A stretch of 64,000 nt of DNA from Octopus sinensis. Taxonomy: Eukaryota. The position numbers and the translations under genes were made by a program. The notes below the pieces were generated by a model. The model ran no database searches, was not told the DNA's origin, and worked only from the letters and a program-made list of their open reading frames with translations. This document shows, piece after piece, positions 39,728 through 52,533 of this stretch (positions are counted from its first letter, which is position 1; each line of letters starts with the position of its first letter). The DNA is taken from positions 84,258,001 to 84,322,000 of the forward strand of contig NC_043003.1 of the NCBI RefSeq assembly GCF_006345805.1, written 5' to 3'.

Positions 39728-40765
39728 CTTTTTAGGTTTTCCAGACTCATCCCCTTCTTAGAGATACCAGCCACTTCTGCAAAACTTTTCCTCTTTAAAG
39801 AATTTTCTATTTTGTTGATAGCCCAGACCAGTTCTTTCCCAGACGATGACAAGTCTGTCGCCGACCTCTCCGTTTCAGACAGGTCGGAATAAAAGACATT
39901 TTCAAACTCAGCCACCTCTCCTCAAAACGCTGAGGGACAGCACAATCAATCATAAAACAGCTGTAAAGCAGCACAAAACAATGCCACACCTTTCGATAAA
40001 CAATAGCAAACACTTACTGGAAATTACAATTGTCCGAAGCGGACTCTCCCTAGACACAATAAATTTTTTTTTTATCTTCCTCAAATCCGATATGACAATA
40101 AAACTTCTACGCGATCGTCAATAAGTACTATGAATTCATTTTTAACACCAGCAGAGGTTATTACAACAAATGCATTACATGTTTTAACAAATTTGTATTG
40201 GAAACTTAAGTTGTTTAGACAAGGAAAACCCCATTACATTAATTTAACACATAGAGAAACAAAGATCAACAACAAAGATAAATTGTGTGCATGTGTATGT
40301 ATGTGTGTGTGTGTGTATAACATAACATAACAAAGGTTAGCTTGAATTTCCCACAGTTATAAGACCGTTGGGGATATAAAGCGAAGAAGTTGATTCGCAG
40401 TGCTAGTTCATCTTAACAGACATGACCCCCACTGAAAATGGTGCTATGTTATAACGACGACGACGACAACGACGACGACGACAACTGCTTCTAACAAAGC
40501 CACATGACTGATATTTCATTGTAAAAACAGATTGTGGCGGATTGCATAAACTGACTCAGAGCATAGAAAATAGAGATAGCTTATATCTAGCAAACAGACA
40601 ACAAACATTTTAACACTCACGTACGTACGCAAGCACATACCTCTACAAAAACACGTATTCGCGTGGAAATTACATACGATTAGATAGTACACACACACGC
40701 ACGCACGTACAGACACATGTGAATATATACATATGTATATATAGATGCTGAAGTCTGGTTACATT

Positions 40766-40966
40766 ACTCTTTTACTCTTTTACTTGTTTCAGTCATTTGA
40801 CCGCGACCATGCTGGAGCACCGCCTTTAGTCGAGCAAATCGACCCCGGACTTATTCTTTGTAAGCCCAGTACTTATTCTATCGGTCTCTTTTGCTGAACC
40901 GCTAAGTGACGGGGACGTAAATACACCAGCATCGGTTGTCAAGCAATGCTAGGGGGACAAACACAG

Positions 40967-41009
<43 letters not shown>

Positions 41010-41172
41010 CATATATACGACAGGCTTCTTTCAGTTTCCGTCAACCAAATCCACTCACAAGGCATTGGTCGGCCCGGGGCTATAGCAGAAGACACTTGCC
41101 CAAGATGCCACGCAGTGGGACTGAACCTGGAACTATGTGGTTGGTTAGCAAGCTACTTACCACACAGCCACT
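40766..41172 (-). mobile_element. SINE family A, young full-length copy
   Basis: Nearly identical to 21124-21527. Confidence 0.95.
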
Positions 41173-41311
41173 CCTGCATTAAGGATGAAGCTACACAAAC
41201 ATCTAAACGCACATTCTTATTAATGTAGTAATACACGAATAGAGGAATGAAAACGAGTGACGATATTCGGCGACATTTATATCTTTCTTATTGTACCTTA
41301 CTTTACCTTCT

Positions 41312-41596
41312 CTTACTTGCTTCAGTCGTTGGACTATGGCCATGCAAGGGCACCACTTTGAAGGGTTTAATCGAAGAAGTCGGCCATAGTGTTCATTTTG
41401 AAGTCTGGCACGTATTTTATCGTCCCTCATGCCGAACCGCTACGTTACGGGGGCCGTAAACAAACTAACACTAGTTGTCAAGCGGTGGTAGGAGCTTCGG
41501 CTTTACAGTCTGACGAGATGTTCACGGGACTAAGCCTTTTGACAATGCGAAACCATTGGTCACTCTATGACCGGACCATTGACTTAACTACATATA

Positions 41597-41650
<54 letters not shown>

Positions 41651-41803
41651 GGACGGGTTCCTTTCAGTTTCCGTTTACCTAATTTACTTACAAGGCTTTG
41701 GTTGACCCGGGGCTATAGTGGAAGACTCCCAAAGTGTCGCGCAGTGGAACAGAACCCAAAACCACGTTGTTGGGAAGCAAGTTTCTTACTACACAGCCGC
41801 GCC
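41312..41803 (-). mobile_element. SINE family A, old copy with a ~100-bp foreign insertion
   Basis: Tail at 41312-41490, head at ~41650-41803, unrelated sequence at 41492-41590 beside the internal (TA)n. Confidence 0.75.
41504..41567 (+). ncRNA. Type I hammerhead ribozyme motif (P2)
   Basis: CTGACGA (41510-41516), G...C imperfect long stem II, GAAA (41549-41552), stem III ACC-ATT-GGT, GTC triplet, stem I TACAGT/ACTCTA (5 of 6 paired). Confidence 0.62.
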
Positions 41804-42021
41804 CTTGCCTATTGGTGAAATTGTTAGAGGAAATTTGTCACAGCGTTTGTACTGGTACTAGCCGTTCTGATCTCAAATTACACCTCCTATTACCAGCCCC
41901 TTGGTGTTAGGAATCGGGGCATTCGGGACCCACCTGAAGATGATCAGCCCTCAATATCAGGCAGCGTGACGTGTTAATTAGATTAACATCTCAGTATCAT
42001 CAATAACAAAACTGGTCTTAA

Positions 42022-42305
42022 CCCATTTAAATGTTTAATTTTATTTCATGATCTTTCCCTTAATGATGCTAGTTATCTGCCCCCAAATAGAATCTTCATA
42101 TTCACCTTCTGCTATTTTTTCTCAGTATCTCATATTGGTAAAGTTTCCATATCGACAACTAAAGTATTTAATTTTTACTCTGTACCGTATGTAAGGAAAT
42201 ATGTAGCAAAATCAAGAATATCTGAAAAATTGTCCTTTGTTTAATGTGTTATGGGTGTTTCCACTACTCGCAGCAAAAGGAGAATTTTTTTGCAAAGCCG
42301 AGGGG
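42022..42305. mobile_element. Possible piggyBac-like MITE
   Basis: TTAA|CCC ... GGG|TTAA ends, but little further TIR similarity. Confidence 0.35.
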
Positions 42306-42431
42306 TTAAAGTGTTTTCCATAGTTAACATTAATAAAATTTGGAGCGGACATACCCACTTTTTGCGTTCAAAGGATTAAATGCAAGGACAAATATAAAAC
42401 AAAATAAACAATTCATATACGACATATATTG

Positions 42432-42644
42432 ATTTCAAATTTTGCCACAAGGCCAGCGATTTCGGGGCAGGGATAAGTCGATTACATCGACCCAAGTTCT
42501 CAGCTGGTACTAATTTTAACGATTCTGAAGAGGATGAAAGGAAAAGTCGACCTCGGCGGAATTTGAACTTAGAGCATAAAGACAGGCGGAATGTCGCTAA
42601 GTATTTTACCTGGTGCGCTAACGATTCTGCCAGCTCGCCGCCTT
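42432..42644 (-). mobile_element. SINE family B, near full length
   Basis: Complete head-core-tail order ending CTGCCAGCTCGCCGCCTT. Confidence 0.88.
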
Positions 42645-42867
42645 GAACATGACATGTATTGCTCAGAATAGATATGTGTATGGATGCTCCCGTACTCTTG
42701 TGTGTGTGTGGGGTGTGTGTGCCATACACATGATAGGGAAAGTATTAGAAACTAACAAATATGTAGTGGCAGTTTGTCTCGTCTTGGGATTGATGCGTGC
42801 ACGTGCGTGTGTATGTGTATTGTTTGTTTGTGTGTGTGTGTGGTGTGTGTGTGAAGGTATGTGTCTG

Positions 42868-42936
<69 letters not shown>

Positions 42937-43057
42937 TATATATATGTGTGTGTGTGTGCGAGGTGGGAGTATTTGTCTCAGTATTTGTGTTATATGAATG
43001 ATAGCCAGATGAAGAAGGTTAGATAGACAGTGAAACTAGAAAGAAAGGCGGACAGAA

Positions 43058-43101
<44 letters not shown>

Positions 43102-44099
43102 AAAAAGGAGAGTGAAAAGAACAATATAATGAGAAAAGGAAAGCTGCATTATGAAAGAGAGGCAGAGATAGAGTGAGGAAGTATTGCAAAGAGATATAAA
43201 AGTAGCATAGAGAGGTAAGAAACGAGAGATAGAGAAATGGAGAGAAATGGAGAGAGAGAGGGGGGAAGGGAGGTAGGGAGGGAGGGAGATAATGTGAGAG
43301 TAGAAAGAAAAGAGGATGATGCGGGAGAAAGGGTGTGAGGCGGGGAGCGGAAGTAAATGAGAAATAGTAATGAGATTATATCTTTAATTCTGAAAATTAA
43401 AAGTCTAAGATTGCCAATGAGAAGAATTGATTTGCAGAGAATATTGATGTTTTACTCAATGTAATTTGAACCCAAACATCTGAAAGCAATATTTTCTCCC
43501 CCATACTCCGTCATTATTTATCATCATCATCGTTAGCTTCATCTTCGTCGTCATGGTCGCCATGAGAATAAACACTTGAATTGATTTCTTACTCAAGCAT
43601 AAGGCTATACAGATGTATAAGGTAGAAAGAAATTTGAATGTGTGTGATGTCGATGTCTTTCTTGTGAGGAATTAGCAACAGAAGGGAAGCGAAATGTCTA
43701 CAAATGGGAATGAAAAATAGATCACGGACTCAGCTTACTGTAATCTCTCCTCTGTCTCTCTCGCTTTACTTGACTTCAGTTAGATCTTAATATAATCACA
43801 TCGTCTGCTCATACACACTAAGTTGTATCTCGCGCTTTATATATTGCTCCCCAGATCTTGTCTCTCCAAAATCTTGCATTTTGTCTCTGATGTTTAAATT
43901 TATCGGGCGCTTACATTTCATTCTCCATGCTTGAGCTCGCCAAGTGCTCATATGTTTTGCAAATCTGAGCTCACTATGAACACAAATTTGATCACCAAAT
44001 CTCATCGCACTTAATTTTTCTCTAAGTCTTTGCACATTTATCTTTTACTCTTCAAATCTCATCTAATGAAAAGTTTACTCTTTGCTTTCTATCTTTCAG

Positions 44100-44156
44100 T
44101 TTGCCCACTGTGCTCAATAGGTCCCGTACTTAACAAAATGTGCCAAAATAACGAAG
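44100..44156 (+). CDS. Candidate 57-bp symmetric exon (CPLCSIGPVLNKMCQNNE)
   Basis: Very strong acceptor CTTTGCTTTCTATCTTTCAG, weak donor GTAGCA, phase 1-1 open frame. Confidence 0.22.
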
Positions 44157-45633
44157 GTAGCAAGATTTAAAACTAGAGTGAAATAGTTAATAATTGCAAT
44201 AGCTGTTCGAATTGAATGCGATATCTTCATTACTGTTTCTCTATGGTGAAAATCGGTAAGGACGGGATTCTAAATCAAAATAAAAAAATATATCGAACTA
44301 GTTGAAAATAGAGGCATTGAATCTTGTTTTCGGTTATTAAAAAGCTTCTAACACTAGCTGAGGAATGAAAGGTTTCAAGGGTTGATGAAACAAGGGAGGT
44401 TGTGTCAGGGAAGAGAAAATGGAATTTTTACTGATAGACATGACAAAGTATGTGGAGGAATGTTCCGAGATATATTTGGGTCACCAGTGAAACATCATCT
44501 TTACGTATTGCCCGTAAGTCAGTTTATATAATTCCAACCCATCCAATGCTGAATTAACAAAAGAATGCGAGTTTTCGTAGCGAGTTAATGAAATTGGCTT
44601 CGAGAGTACCAGAAACGGAAGAAATTCATACAACAATGAATTCAGTCTGTCTGAGACCAAATCTCACTGGAGTTGGCTTTGCCCCTTTATCTCTTCTAAA
44701 TCGATAAATTTTGTACTGAACACTATGTAATGTAAAGCTGCTCGTTTCATCTATCGTTATAACTTATCTCTTTTCCATAAGTCTATGAATTTATAAGCAT
44801 ATAAGGAATCAATTTTAAGTAGCTGTAGTTGAGACAATAAAGCAACAGTAAGAGAAATTGTTACGTTCTTTCGTATTTCATCAAGGAAAATTCTTTACAA
44901 GCAAATTTACCTTCTTGACAAAGATAGAGAATAAAGACGATTCTGATAGAAAATGAATTCTGTTCACAGATGTATAAAATTAAATAGAATAACCTGGTGA
45001 TACATCCGCAGTTTCAATCATTTACACCGCCCAAAGTAAACTAAACGATAAATTAATAATGATGTGCCACTCGAAGCAAAACATGAACAGAAAGGTGTGT
45101 CTATATTTACCATGATAATCACTAATAACAAAATCCAAAGTTCAAGCGAGTCAATTATTTATCGAATGCTGTCTTGTGTAATATAATAATGAATTGCTTA
45201 GGGATGTGTAGCAGAGCAGAGAAGCGATTATAAAAACGGAGAACAAATATATGAATGTTTCCACTTCATAGATAATTGTTTAAATTTCTAATGCTTTAAA
45301 TATAATGATTTTCACCTTAATTAGTTGATCATTGCAGGCAGACAATATGGTTTAGCACGTGATACGTTATAAATATATACTAATATGATTAAGCACTTTT
45401 AGCGTTTAGTTAGTCACAATACGTTATAAATACTAAGGATCGTGATTAAACATTTACAGCATTTAATCTATCATTATACAATATAATTAGCCACAACAAA
45501 AACTACAGCTATGATGGACTAAAGTTTCAGTATCTTACCAGAGTTGAAAAATGTGTTTTTAAGAAGCCTAACATAGTAATTTTTAAATGGTGGTGGTGAT
45601 GGTGGTGTGTGTGTGTGTGTGTGTATTGGGAGG

Positions 45634-45840
45634 TAAGGTGGTGAGTTTGCAGAATCTTTATTGCACTGGGCGGAATGCCGAGCGGAATTTCGTCCGTCTT
45701 CATGCTTTGCGTTCAAATTCTGTTGATGTCGACTTTGCCTAGGGGTCGGTAAAATAATTACCAGTTGAGCACTGGTGTTGATGTAATCAACTTAGCCACT
45801 ACCTCGAAATTGCTGGCCTTGTGCTAATATCTGAGACCAA
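45634..45840 (+). mobile_element. SINE family B, diverged
   Basis: GCGTTCAAATTC...GTCGACTTTGCC...ACCAGTTGAGCACTGG...GAAATTGCTGGCCTTGTGC. Confidence 0.8.
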
Positions 45841-47337
45841 TTTAAGAATAGCGAAAGACTGGTTAACTTCATCTTCCACTAATCTGTCTTTTGAGGTTTG
45901 ACATTCCTGCAGTCAAGTGTCCCTATATAATTGTTTTCACGACAAAAAGGACCTAAAATAATCAACGGAAACTGCTGTTCCTCATATTTAAACAACAGCA
46001 ACAAAAGCAAATATATTATTCTTTTAACTGAGTATTTATTATTCTTCACTGCTTTAGGTCAATTTAGGAAATAATGTGAAAACGTTTCGTAAAAAACATG
46101 TTTCATTTGAAGATGGTCGAATGATATAACAACTGAAATATAGGTTTAAAAATTCGCAGGTATAGACAAAACTAAACCATTATTTGGACTATACGAGTCT
46201 TAAATATTACTAATATTACATCTTTATGTATGTGTGTGTGCAAGTATGTATGTACGTATGTGTGTATAGGATATAGAAAGTTTATCGAAAAGTTATTCAC
46301 TGAAAGGCATTCATCGAAAACATATTGATCAAAAAGACAAAATTATCGGGAGAAAAATTAATTGATATCAAATATATCGAAATACAAAGTCGTAGGAGAA
46401 AGTAATAAAAAAATTAACTTTGTTGACAAAGTTTTCCCAACAACTTATTGTAATTTAAAAGAAGAAAAAAAACTGTTATTTTTAAATGGAATATATTTTC
46501 AATTTATTTTCGGGTAATCTGCCAATTTACTTAAATGAAAATAGAAATGCATCATAATCTTGATTAATTTTTTAAAATTATAGAAATTAATTATTTTCAA
46601 ATGAAATACACTTTCAATTTTACTTAAGCACAGCGGAGGAGGTGGGGACAGCGCTACATGCGTGTCTGTTCCATAGAGCGTCCAACATTCAAGAAATATT
46701 TAAAAGCTCTCTTTTGTTTACTGGAAATAACAATAATAATTGCTTCTTTATTGGCGGCAATGACCGCAGAAACTTTTAAGATGGTTAGAGATTTATATAG
46801 AAAAGTTTAAGCAGTAACAATATGCAAAAGAATCTTACCAAACAAAATCCTTAATAGGAGGGAAAACGTCACTCAGGGGCAACCAAGGAGCCCCACGGAT
46901 CCTGAGTCACTCTGCTCAGAAAGAGTACTATGGAAAGTAGTACTCTCCTTCAACATAGGCAGGCACGCGACCACAAACTTTATGTGCGATGTATGGGCGG
47001 TTATATTTATGTAATAATTTCATTGGCATTTATTTCATCAACAGATGAAGGATAATTGGCTCAGTCGATCATGGCAAGCTCTGATTGTAAAAGCTAACGT
47101 GACGTTGCTCATAACCACAAATTACGTTATTGTATGCTCTATCAGTAGATCTCAACGCATCACCCTACCATAATTCGTAACATATGTACACGACGGAAAC
47201 ACTTCAATGGCTGCCAGTATTTGACTGGTTGATGGGAAGTACGCCTTCTGCCCAGGACACTGACAATTTTGTGAATGTTTATATTTTATGGATATCAAAA
47301 AGAACTTCTTCAAAATCTAAAAACTCTAATTTACATC

Positions 47338-47672
47338 TTTTACTTGCTTCACTCATAAGACGGCGCATTACCTTCAAACAAATCAGCCCTCGTGCTAATA
47401 GTTTAAGCCTGGTACTTAATCTACGTCGAACAAATAGGTTTTGGGGGTGCAAATAAACTAGTACCGGTTAACAAGCAGTAGTGGGAACAAACATAACTTA
47501 CACATACATATATATGTACGACAGGCTTCTTTCAATCAATGTCGTCTAAATTCACTCACAAGGCTTTGGTCATTCTGGTACTAAAGTTGGAGACTTTAGC
47601 TCAAAGTGTAACGCAGTGGGACTGAACCCAAGGTTACATGGTTGGAAAGTAAGCTTTTTGATCGCACAGCCG
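47338..47672 (-). mobile_element. SINE family A, old copy
   Basis: CACTCACAAGGCTTTGG and CGCAGTGGGACTGAACCC. Confidence 0.72.
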
Positions 47673-48771
47673 TACCTAAGATGTTAAATCATTGTGCCAT
47701 TTAATTCAAATAATAATCAATCATTTGAACATATTTATATATCGTTTTTTACCTGTGTATTTTAAAAATATTAAAATTTTGATTAATATGTCACCTTTTT
47801 TCCGATTAACATGTTTTGACTCAATTTCTCTTTCAACCAAAGTTCCAAAACCTATATCACACACACACTCATATATATGTATGTACATACATACTAACAC
47901 ACATACATATAGACAGAGAGAGAAAGAGAAGGAAAAAAGAGAGAGTGAGTTCCGCTGATTTGATGAGTTAGTATTCTTCATTTGAATTAATTTGTGACAA
48001 TACAATTGCATTGTATAACGTTGAGCATACATATTGATGTATACACGTACATATAACTTTGCATACGAAAATTAATAACACTACTTGAAGTTTACGAAAC
48101 GGCTGTTATCATATAGAAATCATACGGAAAAAATCTATCTATTTTCACCACAAGCTCTTCACCTCCTGACTTTATGCTTTATATACAACGTGTGTGTGCA
48201 TATGTATGTGTCCGCGCGTGCGTGCGTGCCTGTGTGTGTGTATGTGTGTAGATATTTTAGCCCAGAACTTTTCAGTTGGTTAACTCTGTGATTAACATTT
48301 GCCCTTATTACTACATCATTAGATTCAGATGAAGCTCCTTGCTTAAAGCAGTAATGACAACATAACTCTCACTTATATCCTTTCGCTTTATATAACCAGC
48401 TAACCTACTCCCAATAAGTTAAAGATTACTACACCTTCACAAAAATATAGCTACATATAGACACGTACAATACACACACATACATACATACATACGTACA
48501 TACGTACATACATACATACATACATACATACTTTATGTATATGTGCGTTCGTATATATTTATGGTTTGCTTGTAATTCTTATATTTTAATGATTATATTT
48601 TTTCTTCTTAATAGAAAACAGCGAAGAGTAGATAACCGACATATTTTCTTGAAGAAAAATAGTAAAATACAAAATAGCTTGAAGGGAAATCAAAGTAAAT
48701 AAACCTGAATTTAAGGGGAAAACGGGCTACTCAGTGCAAATAATAACAATAACAACAAAAACAACAACAAC

Positions 48772-48773
<2 letters not shown>

Positions 48774-48817
<44 letters not shown>

Positions 48818-48843
48818 GTAAAATTATAATAATAATAATAATA

Positions 48844-48890
<47 letters not shown>

Positions 48891-48924
48891 TAATAATAAT
48901 AATAGTAAAATTATAATAATAATA

Positions 48925-48976
<52 letters not shown>
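48774..48976. repeat. (AAT)n tract with a duplicated internal interruption
   Basis: AATAGTAAAATTATAAT occurs twice within the tract. Confidence 0.95.
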
Positions 48977-48978
<2 letters not shown>

Positions 48979-49261
48979 TATGAATTTGTCTTTCATCTTT
49001 CATACCGATTTTCAAAAAGCTCTTTTGGCAGAAGGAATTTTACTGGCGATATAGAAAGGAACTGTTTTTAATACTGGAGAAGAGAAAAATTAAAGGCACA
49101 CAGACACACACACACACATGCACACACACATACACAGACACACATATATAGTCACAATCAGAAATACACATGGAGCAGATGTTTCAAGAACGGTGAATGA
49201 ATAAAATGATAATATAGTTGAAATAACAAAGTTACTGATAAGGAAGAACTTTTGTATACGG

Positions 49262-49534
49262 ACAGATGTCGTACGTACAGCTACTGTACAGTACAGTACA
49301 GTAGAGATACGTGTAAATCTCGACAAACGTTGACAGGGCAGCTTTAATATGGTAAAGCAGAGATATAAATATGTATTGACTGAGCAGTTATTGTACAGTT
49401 CAGTACAGTTCAGTACATATGTCGACTGGACAGCCATTGCACAGTCCAGTACATACGTCGACTGGATAATTACTGCACAGTTCAGTACAGAAGTCTTCAT
49501 ACGTTAACTGGACAGTTACTGTATAGTTCAGTAT

Positions 49535-49571
<37 letters not shown>

Positions 49572-49960
49572 GAGATATATATAGATATATATAGTATAGT
49601 TCAGTATATATACTGGACAGCACAGATTTGTACATACGTTGTCTGGACGGCTACTGTACCGGAGAGATATGTATACATGCGAAATGGTCAGATACAGAAT
49701 TGTATAGATATGTACAGGTGTTAACTGGAAAGCTACTGAAGCGTACACTAAAAAAATATGTGCAGATGAGGACATTTATCAATCGGAAAGCTACGATAGT
49801 GTAACGTACGAATGTCGACCGGGCAGCTACAGTGCAGTAAGGGTACATACAGATGTCAACATAAGTCGACAGGATATTTATAGTACAGTAACCAGATGTC
49901 GACTGAAAAATTCTAGGATAGTACAGTTTGAGCTATGTAGAGTCGTTGAATGGACAGTAG
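49262..49960. repeat. Degenerate ~36-bp minisatellite, consensus approx. GTCGACTGGACAGCTACTGTACAGTTCAGTACATAT
   Basis: Best units at 49411-49530; interrupted by (TA)n at ~49536-49590. Confidence 0.72.
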
Positions 49961-51216
49961 GATGCGATTTAAAAGAGATTTAACAGCTATTTCTAGCAGA
50001 CCGAACGGTTCCGTAAAGGTTGATGTTATCCAGGGGTAAAAGTAAGTTTATTAACAGTGTTTTTGCTGGCGGACTCGGAATGTAAAGGGCTGGAATAAAT
50101 ACCGTGAGTTATTTTGTATTACGCTACAACACTTTCGCCAGTTCACCACCCAAGGACTGGTAATTTACTTATCAACACTAAAAGGATGAAGGGTAAAGTT
50201 GAACACACGGTACAGGGGCTGCAGTATATGCGTAATTGATTGTATCTGACGCTGTAACGACTCAAGCATATCTGAGGAAATGTAGTAATTGGAATAAATA
50301 TAGTTGCTGTAGGGAAATGAAAAAGATCTAAGCTCAAGGTTCTTTATCGAGGATATAAAACATTGTCCCACGTACTCTCATCAGTATTAAATAAACACGC
50401 AGAATTAACTTTTATCTTCCACAATAAAATATTATCCTCTAATGTCGAATGCAACCGAATTTATTTTAAATCTTTGCCAGTTCTGTATATCATATGTGAT
50501 ACGCAAAACATGTTTCCCTGGCGTTCATGCATTATATATGATACACATTCTCTTTTTACTTAGCCGCCAGAGTAACTTGGGAATTAAGAAACGGAAAAAT
50601 TTATATTATTCGAAACGTATGAAAACAGGCACGAACATTTAGGGCAAACTAATAAAAATGCATTGGATAGGCAAAGGGTTAACTAGCAAATTGCTTTTGA
50701 ATTGTTTGTTGTCATCGCAGAAGAATTCATCGGTTTCCACTGATTCCGGATTTTAATATAAATTGAAAATGGGAATGTATTGCAAAATTTGGAGCAGGAC
50801 ACAAAATCTAGTCTGCTATAAGGTCTAATTGACCTCAAAATCTCTAGACGAATTGTTCCATTTTAGTTATTTGCTAACTGAATCAGTATCTTTCTCATAG
50901 TTATTAACTCTACCACACGACTACCAAGCAGTAGTTTTAAAAATATCTAAATGGCAGATAGAAAGATAACTATTTTAAAGCAAATGTATGTATATATGGC
51001 TGAAACACAGATAAGGACGTCAAGTTGTGTGTCTGCTAAAAATATAATTTGCCCACGCATTTATGAAATCCATACAAAGAATTTCTTCAAGTTAGTTCCA
51101 AAACTTTTATGAAAAAATGGTCAACTGGTTATAAATATATTTCTTTTTAAATTCAAGGTTTTAATTTAGACTGAAAGATACGAAATTATACACTTTAGTC
51201 TTGCTTTTGCTCTTAC

Positions 51217-51332
51217 TTCCTTGTCCCTCATTTTCAAGAAAGAAATGATTATTATGTTGTTTATAATTAATAGTGATACGTGAAGAATTTCCATTCGCAA
51301 AAGAAGAATTAGCTATACCTTCGGGAATAAAC
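51217..51332 (-). CDS. Candidate 116-bp exon (FIPEGIANSSFANGNSSRITINYKQHNNHFFLENEGQG)
   Basis: Acceptor AATTATTTTAG|G, donor GTAAGA, open frame (phase 2 to 1). No homology recognised. Confidence 0.25.
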
Positions 51333-51590
51333 CTAAAATAATTCAAGGGTAACGAAGACGTCCAAGGTTAGCAAATACTATACGAGAATACCCTAAAAAT
51401 ATTTACAAATCCTTCTATTACTATTTTGTGGAAGGTATCAGTATCTGTTCTGTCTTTATAGGTAATCTGTCACTGTCGCTATATAAATAGTTGTGTATCA
51501 TTCCAATTGTACCAAAATGGCATGATGAACACATTCCAAGACTGCCATGATATTTTCATTCACCAGTTAGAACGGTGTAGTTCCTTAGCT

Positions 51591-51760
51591 CAGTATTTCT
51601 CAACCATTTTTTAAATCAGTAAACCCCTTTGATTCCTATTTTATTCGGATGGACCCTCCTAGTTATTCGATATTTTAAAATGTCCTATTATATTTTTATA
51701 ATTAAATATTATTAAGAATAGTATAAAAATAATTATCAAAATATTTTGTGTATTGTAGAA
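51591..51760. mobile_element. Possible hAT-like MITE end
   Basis: Begins CAGTATTTCTCAACC, resembling hAT termini; partner end not found. Confidence 0.3.
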
Positions 51761-52406
51761 GTCTCTCTTAATCCTTTTTGCCCCTTGTGGAGCACAGGGC
51801 CTCAACAGTTGTGTTACAGCATCGGTTATCATGTTAGATACGGTCCTATAAATTCTGGGATCAAATCCCAACGAGATCAACTATGCTTTTTATCATTCCC
51901 GGGTACATAACATGAACAACCAATCAAGAACTGGGGAGTCTATAATTGGTTGTTCCCAGAAATCAAACTTTGAGCCTATGTTAAAAACTATAATGATTAT
52001 TATCATCATTTCTTCTTCCACTGGTACAAATTCATAGATTCGCAGGGAATGGATTATATCTGATTGAATACTCATACCGACAACGCAATTCACTAGTTTA
52101 ACGAAACTGCAAATAGTAAAAATATTTAGAGCGATGGCTATTTCTGCTGATAAAGCAACTACACACACACGCCCGCGCGGCATACTTAACGTATGTACAT
52201 CGTTGACAAGTCAGAGATTGTAGCGATCATTTGGGAAAAAGATTCTTTAGAGATTCACTGTGTTAAAAAACGACACAACATACTTCACAGCTAGACGAAA
52301 CGAAACCAATCGGAAGCGACCTCGAAAGTGACGGATGCGCATTTTGCGGTTTTGAGGTTTAATAATGTCATGCACTCGGGTCACTTCCAACATGAAGTCG
52401 AACCCT

Positions 52407-52533
52407 CTGATTTTTAACGATAGACGTAAGTTAAGAAAGTATTTTATCTAGAGCTGTTTATATTGCACAATTTGAATATATATAACCAGCTCTAGATAAA
52501 AACTTTAACTTACGTCTATCGCTAAAAAATCAG
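52407..52533. mobile_element. Foldback / MITE-like inverted repeat (~50-bp arms)
   Basis: CTGATTTTT..CGATAGACGTAAGTTAA..TTTTATCTAGAGCTG versus CAGCTCTAGATAAAA..TTAACTTACGTCTATCG..AAAAATCAG. Confidence 0.78.

Noticed and set aside
50345-50385. Minus-strand CTGATGA-GAG...CTC-GATA string
   Set aside because: GAAA not intact and no stems I/III; likely chance.
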